From the NCBI GenBank assembly GCA_963422365.1, contig OY729426.1, positions 768,001-832,000 of the forward strand: a DNA stretch of 64,000 bases, in the 5' to 3' direction. The notes beneath the pieces are model-generated. The model was given only the letters and a program-made list of their open reading frames with translations, did not search any database and had not been told where the DNA came from. The translations under genes and the position numbers were made by a program. Within the stretch, counting starts at the first letter, position 1, and each line of letters begins with the position of its first letter. This document shows positions 57,961-64,000 of the stretch, piece after piece. Source of the DNA: Nitrospirales bacterium (lineage in GTDB: Bacteria > Nitrospirota > Nitrospiria > Nitrospirales > UBA8639).

Positions 57961-58408
57961 TTGCCCACATTTTTTAAAAAATAGTGCCCTCATTGTGGCA
58001 AGTAGTCTTGTCGGAAGTTTGCTCATCGGCGAAATGAGTGCGGCACGAGAATCGGTGAATCCGTTAACGCGGGAGTATGCGATTACCATTGATCCTACGG
58101 CGCTCGATCCTCCAACGTGGTGGCACGTGCCGGGCGTCACGCCTTTGATCTGGACCAATGATCCCATTACGTATGAATCCTATAAGACGACCAAGGCGCG
58201 GGAAATTCAATTAAAACCAGGCGAGTATCGTTTCGGGACCTTTACGTTCGACTTTGCGTTTCAGGTCACGTTAGAGGGCAAGTTGAATTTTGCTCACTCC
58301 TTAACGCAATGCGTGGAAGGACTGGGAACCGCCAAGCTCGTGGTTCGGTGTAGCCATACGCAACCGTATAAACAAGAACGCGATTACGGGTATCCTTCCA
58401 TTCATTAA
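57941..58408 (+). CDS. Hypothetical secreted protein
   Basis: Overlaps the upstream stop; signal-like N-terminus. Confidence 0.55.
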   Translation: MRCSLLNCPHFLKNSALIVASSLVGSLLIGEMSAARESVNPLTREYAITIDPTALDPPTWWHVPGVTPLIWTNDPITYESYKTTKAREIQLKPGEYRFGTFTFDFAFQVTLEGKLNFAHSLTQCVEGLGTAKLVVRCSHTQPYKQERDYGYPSIH

Positions 58409-58439
58409 TAAGAACCATCAAGAAGAAATCTCCGGAACC

Positions 58440-59825
58440 ATGTCACAGAGCGTGCAACACTGGATCGAAGCGTTAGACGATATTGATGACGCCACGCGGG
58501 AAGAAGCCGCGAAGGCTCTTGCGGAGCTGGGTGATCCGACTACCATTGAAGCCCTCTCCCTGGCCTTGGAGGATGAGTATTGGGCCGTGCGAGTTCAAGT
58601 GGGCTGGGCGTTTGCGAAAATCAGCGGGGATATCGCCATTGAGGCCCTCATCACGTTGTTCAACGACAATATGGTGGAAGTTCAAAGTGAGGCCGTGTCT
58701 GCCATGGCTTCTATGGGGAAAGGCACTGTCCCAACCCTCATTCCCTGTTTGAAGGATGACCGATGGCGTGTTCGTCAGCAAGCAGGGAAGACCTTGGGAT
58801 TGCTCCGAGAGCCCGATGCCGTTCAACCGTTGATGATAGCCTGTCGAGACCGTGATGGTGCTGTCAAAAGTGCGACGGCTGAAGCTCTGGGGAAAATCGG
58901 TGATCCTCGAGCTGTTCCGGTTTTAATCAAGCTCTTTAAGGATACCTCAAAAATTGTCCGGGAGACCGCCGGAACCGCCCTCGTGTATATTGGCGATGCG
59001 TCCATTCCCGCTCTCCTGGAAACGTTACAGGATCCGCACTTTGTGGTCCGCTGTCACGGCGTTCGGGCCTTAGGCGGCATGACGACTGACTATCAAATGG
59101 GCCGAGCCTGGACCAAGGACGGGCGCGTGGTTGGGGCGTTGATCGAAGCGTTAAAAGATGAAGACCGAGCCGTGCGTGAAGATGCCACGATTGCCTTAGG
59201 GATTATCGGGGATCCTTTGGCCGTTGATGGGCTCATTGACGCCATGAGGGATGGAGCCGTGAAGCGTCACGCAATTGCTTCTCTCGGAATGATCGGTGAC
59301 GCCCGAGCTTTACCACCCGTGCTGGATGCCTTGAAAGGCAAGGGCATTGCTCAACAGGGGAAGCCGACGCCAGGGTGTATTATTAGCGAAGATCAGCTCA
59401 TCAAAGAAGCCGCGGCAACGGCATTGGGACATTTTCGGGATCCCAGGGTGATTCCAGATCTTATCCTGCTCTTAAAGGATATCGTGTTGAGAGATTATGC
59501 CGCCTCTTCGTTGGTGCTGATCGGTGATGCGGCCATTGAACCTCTGGTGGCCTTTCTCCATGATCCAGAGTCCTCTAAAGTTGAAAAAGAAAGCGAGCGG
59601 GTGCTGGCATTTGCTTCTACGCGACTGACGGCATCGAGCGCATTAAAGAAAACCGTGGTGGAAACTCTGGAAAAACTTGGCTGGGAGCCACCCAGGAGCG
59701 ATGCTCATGGGGAGGTGAAGGATATTGAATATACCGACCCTGATAAGGTGCTTGGGGAAGAAGGGCGTTTCGGTCCATCAGGAGACTTTGCGAGGCCAGC
59801 CAAACCCTACCGTATTGAACGCTGA
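58440..59825 (+). CDS. HEAT (PBS-lyase) repeat protein
   Basis: Repeated L.D....VR..AA.ALG.IGD..AV units. Confidence 0.9.
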   Translation: MSQSVQHWIEALDDIDDATREEAAKALAELGDPTTIEALSLALEDEYWAVRVQVGWAFAKISGDIAIEALITLFNDNMVEVQSEAVSAMASMGKGTVPTLIPCLKDDRWRVRQQAGKTLGLLREPDAVQPLMIACRDRDGAVKSATAEALGKIGDPRAVPVLIKLFKDTSKIVRETAGTALVYIGDASIPALLETLQDPHFVVRCHGVRALGGMTTDYQMGRAWTKDGRVVGALIEALKDEDRAVREDATIALGIIGDPLAVDGLIDAMRDGAVKRHAIASLGMIGDARALPPVLDALKGKGIAQQGKPTPGCIISEDQLIKEAAATALGHFRDPRVIPDLILLLKDIVLRDYAASSLVLIGDAAIEPLVAFLHDPESSKVEKESERVLAFASTRLTASSALKKTVVETLEKLGWEPPRSDAHGEVKDIEYTDPDKVLGEEGRFGPSGDFARPAKPYRIER

Positions 59826-59916
59826 CCTTAGGGTTCTGTTCTCGTTCGGCTGAACGAGCAACGAAGATTCCAACTTCTTGTTATTCAGGAAAAAAGATGG
59901 GGAAACGAGTTCGCCT

Positions 59917-61569
59917 TCACGGCTTTTGGAAGTGGAGGATTCCCCAGGTGAGATGACCTCCCTGGCTGCCATCAATCCAGTGCTGAAGACCGGTTTTCAT
60001 CCGTTCGATATAGTCCTCGCTGCAAACTCTCAACAAATTCCATTGATTGGCGCGAATTTCTTCCAGGACTCTCCCATAATGAGCACTCAGGTTTTCAGAG
60101 AGGTCCACGATTTCAAGTTCTTTCAGCCCAAGGCCTAACAGCAGATCTTTGTATCGCGGAATTGAACCCAGAGAGTTAAGGTGAATACGATCAAGAATGG
60201 GTTGCAAGACTTCCTTGGGGCAATGTTCACTCTGCATCGGGTCGGTAAAAATAAACTGCCCTCCTTCAGAAAGCACCCGCTTGACTTCTTCAAAGACCTT
60301 GTCGCGATTTTCACTATGCAAGATGGCATCCTGAGACCACACCACATTAACACTATGATCCGGCATGGGAATATCTTCAAAACTTCCGTCAATCACATTA
60401 ATGACCAGAGAGTATTTCCCGTGAGCATTGAGTTCGCGGTTTCTGGCATTTTGTGTTTCGCTCAAATTTAAACATCCAACTTGGCATCCATAGTGCTTGA
60501 CCAGGTACCTTGCTGACCCTCCATACCCGGAGCCAATATCCAACACCCGAGTCGCAGGCCCGAGATTGGTGACCATGGAGGCCATTTTCTGGACCGTCTT
60601 TTGACTCGCGTCAACAATGGTATCCGTGTTGTGTTCATAGAGACCAACATGAATATCCTCGCCCCCCCACACGGTGGCATAGAATCGGTCGGCATCATGG
60701 CTATTGTAGTAGCTTCTGGCGGTTTCGACAGACTGAGAATAATTGAGCCCCATTGAAATTTTAATGGGCCGTTCTTCGTTTTTATACAGTTTTTCAGCTA
60801 CATGGACATAGAAATCAGGGTCCTCGACGCGGTGTGTCTCTTGAAAGTCCGCAAAGGTTTTGACTTGCTGAAACCCAACTTCTCCCATGAGTTTTCTGAC
60901 ATAATCCTTGCGCAGGGGAAACATGTTGAGATGATATTCTGAGTTGTCGGGGAACTGATACCGGAATCGGGCCAATCCTTCATCAACGTATTCAGGCTCG
61001 GCACGAACATTTTCCCCACAATAATAATAGACGTGTTTGGAGGTGAACCCATTATCGAGTATGCCGTCGTAATTCCGTTGATCGAGCAACAAAACACCGT
61101 CGTGGTGAAGCACTGAATAAAATTCGGCAAGGGCTTTCCGGCGGTCCTGTTCTGAAAACAAATGGGTCAGAGAGTTCCCTAAGCAAATAACCGCATCATA
61201 TTGGGTGTGAATATCCCGACTCAGCCACCGCCAGTCAGCATGGAGGGTCTTCATAATAAAGCCCACTCGTGTGGCATTTTCAAAGGCTTGCGCCAACATT
61301 TCGGGGCTGCCGTCTGCGCTGGTCACGTCAAACCCAGCCTTTAGGAGCCGAATAGAGTGAAATCCCGTTCCCGTTGCCACGTCCAATATCCGTTGGACTC
61401 CATGTTCTTTCAGGATATTGATGAAAAAATCCCCTTCGCTTCTAGCTCGGGCCTCCCAGTCGATGAGTTCATCCCATTTTCGGACAAAGCTATGGACATA
61501 TTCGCGTTTGTATTGGTCGGTTTTTCGTTGGGCGATGGGGTTCTCACCGTACAGTTGTTCTTGACCCAT
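59917..61569 (-). CDS. Fused glycine/sarcosine + sarcosine/dimethylglycine N-methyltransferase
   Basis: Domain 1: KWDELIDW, LDVATGTG, CLGNSLTHL, DQRNYD. Domain 2: YYNSHDADRFY..VWGGEDIHVG, LDIGSGYGG, WSQDAILH. GAGGAGG RBS. Confidence 0.9.
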   Translation of the reverse strand: MGQEQLYGENPIAQRKTDQYKREYVHSFVRKWDELIDWEARARSEGDFFINILKEHGVQRILDVATGTGFHSIRLLKAGFDVTSADGSPEMLAQAFENATRVGFIMKTLHADWRWLSRDIHTQYDAVICLGNSLTHLFSEQDRRKALAEFYSVLHHDGVLLLDQRNYDGILDNGFTSKHVYYYCGENVRAEPEYVDEGLARFRYQFPDNSEYHLNMFPLRKDYVRKLMGEVGFQQVKTFADFQETHRVEDPDFYVHVAEKLYKNEERPIKISMGLNYSQSVETARSYYNSHDADRFYATVWGGEDIHVGLYEHNTDTIVDASQKTVQKMASMVTNLGPATRVLDIGSGYGGSARYLVKHYGCQVGCLNLSETQNARNRELNAHGKYSLVINVIDGSFEDIPMPDHSVNVVWSQDAILHSENRDKVFEEVKRVLSEGGQFIFTDPMQSEHCPKEVLQPILDRIHLNSLGSIPRYKDLLLGLGLKELEIVDLSENLSAHYGRVLEEIRANQWNLLRVCSEDYIERMKTGLQHWIDGSQGGHLTWGILHFQKP

Positions 61570-61896
61570 GGGCCACCTCCTCAATGGTCAGACTCACAAT
61601 ACCTTTCTCCGTCGCGCAACCAAGTTGACCCGACTTTTGGTTAGATGAAAAAGTGGGAAAGGTGCGTCGCAGAACTTCTACTCTAACGAGTTTGGCCCTC
61701 TTTGGGCAACCCTCAACCTGTCCGATGGAATTGGCCTTGAGTTCTCGCGATGTTCTCGGCAAACTATCAGGACAACACATTTTCGTCATGGGTTAACATA
61801 GATTTCTCATAACCTCTTACTTTTCAAACACTGTAGTCTATTAGCCGGATGCCTCGTTGAAGGAAAAGAAGGGATCGTTGTTCTCACACATTTCTG

Positions 61897-63396
61897 ATGA
61901 AACTCGCCACGCCTGTTTTTACGGTCTCCTTGTCCCTTGCCACGGCATTCTTAGTCTGGGGGGGGGTGGCTCCGACACAGTTGGCCACGGTCACCACCGC
62001 TATCCAGCGGTGGTTGCTCGATGCCTTTGGGTGGTTCTATCTCTTATGCGCGGTTGGGCTTTTGGTCATGGCGGTCACGCTGATTTTTTCACGGTACGGA
62101 GATATCCCCTTAGGGAAGGATGGGGAAAAGCCTGAATTTCCGTTGCTCACGTGGTTTGCCATGTTATTTTGTGCCGGAATGGGCATTGGCTTGGTGTTTT
62201 GGGGGGTAGCAGAACCCACCGCTCATTATTATGACCCTCCCCGCGGAGTAGGCGAAACACCGGAAGCTGCCAGCTTAGCTCTTCAGTACTCGTTTTTTCA
62301 TTGGGGGCTGCATCCTTGGGGGATTTACACGATGGTGGCGATGTGTTTGGCCTATTTTCAATTTCGGAAAGGCAAACCAGGTTTGTTCAGCGCGAGTTGT
62401 GAGCCAATTTTTGGCGAACACATGATGAAGGGCTTGATCGGACAAGCCATTGATATTCTTGCCGTTTTTGCCACGGTATTTGGGGTGGCCACCTCGTTAG
62501 GCTTTGGGGCCATCCAAATCAGCGGGGGCTTCTCGTATCTGTTTACCCTTCCCAATACCAAGATCCTTCAATTGGCCATGATTGCCGTGGTCACGGTGTT
62601 GTACATATTGTCCGCGCAGACTGGCCTTCAACGGGGGATCAAATATTTGAGCAACTTGAACATGGTGTTGGCGGTCTCGCTTATGGGTTTTCTTTTGTTC
62701 TTCGGGCCGACGAAATTTATTATGGAGGTCTTTACCTCGGCATTGGGGGAGTATCTTCAGAATTTGCCAACAATGAGTCTGTATTTGGCGCCATTCGATG
62801 ATTCCCGATGGATCCAGGATTGGACCTTATTTTACTGGGCTTGGTGGATTGCCTGGGCTCCGTTCGTCGGGACCTTTATCGCAAGAATTTCTCGAGGCCG
62901 AACCGTCAGAGAGTTTATCTTGGGCGTGTTGTTTGTCCCGACGCTCTTTTGTGCGTTTTGGTTTTCTGTGTTTGGTGGGACCGCCATTTCATTGGACATG
63001 TTCGAGCAGGCAGGCATGAAACAGATCATTGAGTCGCAGGGGAAAGAAGTGGCTCTGTTTACTCTTTTGGAGCATTTTCCCTTCGGAGGGATCATGTCGC
63101 TCATTGCGATTTTGTTGATTGCCACGTTTTTTATTACTTCGGCGGATTCAGCCACGTTTGTGTTAGGCACGTTAACGTCAAATGGAAATCTGAACCCTTC
63201 GAATGTCATCAAGTTTACGTGGGGCATCATCCAATCAGTCGTGGCAGCCGTTTTACTGTGGTCTGGTGGGCTGCAAGGCCTTCAAATGGGATCAATCCTT
63301 GCCGCATTTCCCTTTGCCGTGATCATTCTGCTCTTGATGATATCCCTCTTCCGGTCGTTTAAGGAAGAGGTGGCCTCACACGCCCTTCCACGCTGA
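61897..63396 (+). CDS. BCCT family betaine transporter (OpuD-like)
   Basis: WFAMLFCAGMGIGL, FHWGLHPW, WTLFYWAWWIAWAPFVG, TSADSA. Confidence 0.94.
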   Translation: MKLATPVFTVSLSLATAFLVWGGVAPTQLATVTTAIQRWLLDAFGWFYLLCAVGLLVMAVTLIFSRYGDIPLGKDGEKPEFPLLTWFAMLFCAGMGIGLVFWGVAEPTAHYYDPPRGVGETPEAASLALQYSFFHWGLHPWGIYTMVAMCLAYFQFRKGKPGLFSASCEPIFGEHMMKGLIGQAIDILAVFATVFGVATSLGFGAIQISGGFSYLFTLPNTKILQLAMIAVVTVLYILSAQTGLQRGIKYLSNLNMVLAVSLMGFLLFFGPTKFIMEVFTSALGEYLQNLPTMSLYLAPFDDSRWIQDWTLFYWAWWIAWAPFVGTFIARISRGRTVREFILGVLFVPTLFCAFWFSVFGGTAISLDMFEQAGMKQIIESQGKEVALFTLLEHFPFGGIMSLIAILLIATFFITSADSATFVLGTLTSNGNLNPSNVIKFTWGIIQSVVAAVLLWSGGLQGLQMGSILAAFPFAVIILLLMISLFRSFKEEVASHALPR

Positions 63397-63605
63397 GGCA
63401 GGGGCTGGTGCCCTCACTGTCTCTCCGTACGCGATTTGATTGACCCTCAAAAAATCGCTGTGGTAAGTTGCCGACACGATGGTTCTTCAGCTTTTCCCCA
63501 TATCGGTAAAGGGAAACATCATGCGACCGCTGAACGAAATTTTCACGAGGCATTGGAGAGGGAAAAGATCTTTCTAGGAGGCTCTCGGCTAACAAAGGTG
63601 TGACC

Positions 63606-64000
63606 ATGGCCGATCAAGTGGCGGAGCATATTGCTGCCTTAAAGGATGAGGATTGGGGCATCCGTGAAGATGCGGCCCTTGCCCTTGGCGAATTCCGAGA
63701 TCCAAGAGGAGTGTGTCCCTTGATTGAGACCTTACGAGATTCCGATCAAGCCGTGAAAACTGCTGCTGCCACTGCGTTAACGGCTATTGGAGGACCAGCC
63801 GTAGTGGACTTGAGTTACTGCCTCCAAGATCCGGATTTGTCAGTGCAGGAGGCCGCGGCTTCCATTTTGTCTACGATTGCTGATGAGCGAGTGCTCGAAC
63901 CCTTACATTCCGCTCTCTTGAGCCAAGATTGGGTCGTCCGAATGCATGCCGCCCGCGCAGTAGGACGACTCGGCACCTCACAGTCGGTTGAGACCCTGGT
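63606..64000 (+). CDS. HEAT repeat protein, 5' part (runs off window end)
   Basis: MADQVAEHIAALKDEDWGIREDAALALGEFRDPRGV...; open to the window end. Confidence 0.85.
   Translation, partial: MADQVAEHIAALKDEDWGIREDAALALGEFRDPRGVCPLIETLRDSDQAVKTAAATALTAIGGPAVVDLSYCLQDPDLSVQEAAASILSTIADERVLEPLHSALLSQDWVVRMHAARAVGRLGTSQSVETL

Noticed and set aside
61600..61890. Possible riboswitch between the methyltransferase and BCCT genes
   Set aside because: No SAM or glycine riboswitch consensus recognised on either strand.

Overview
64 kb of bacterial chromosome. The gene content (HEAT-repeat proteins, di-heme cytochrome c peroxidase, cupredoxin, Gld-like ABC transporter, split pntA) suggests Nitrospirota/Nitrospirales. 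A glycine-methylation betaine pathway plus a BCCT transporter points to a saline habitat. Both assignments are inference. Main features: (1) a CRISPR adaptation module (cas4-cas1 fusion, cas2, leader, 26 repeats/25 spacers) with no effector genes next to it; (2) an initiator tRNA-fMet split by a 282-nt group I intron with an extended L1 loop; (3) an unannotated, hairpin-dense ~420-nt element upstream of dapF with its own promoter-like site and terminator, the best candidate for a novel ncRNA, followed by a 37/34-nt repeat-spacer-like triplication; (4) a 12 x 17-bp tandem repeat inside the hemD promoter region; (5) at least five decayed loci (RRM protein, phosphotransferase/AAA protein, Sel1-trypsin fusion, lipoprotein, ParDE-like pair). 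The rest is housekeeping and transport genes (dapF, pcm, nth, rpsU, pntAB, RND pump, YdbH-YnbE-YdbL, TonB-dependent receptor). All calls come from reading the sequence and motifs; no database searches were run.
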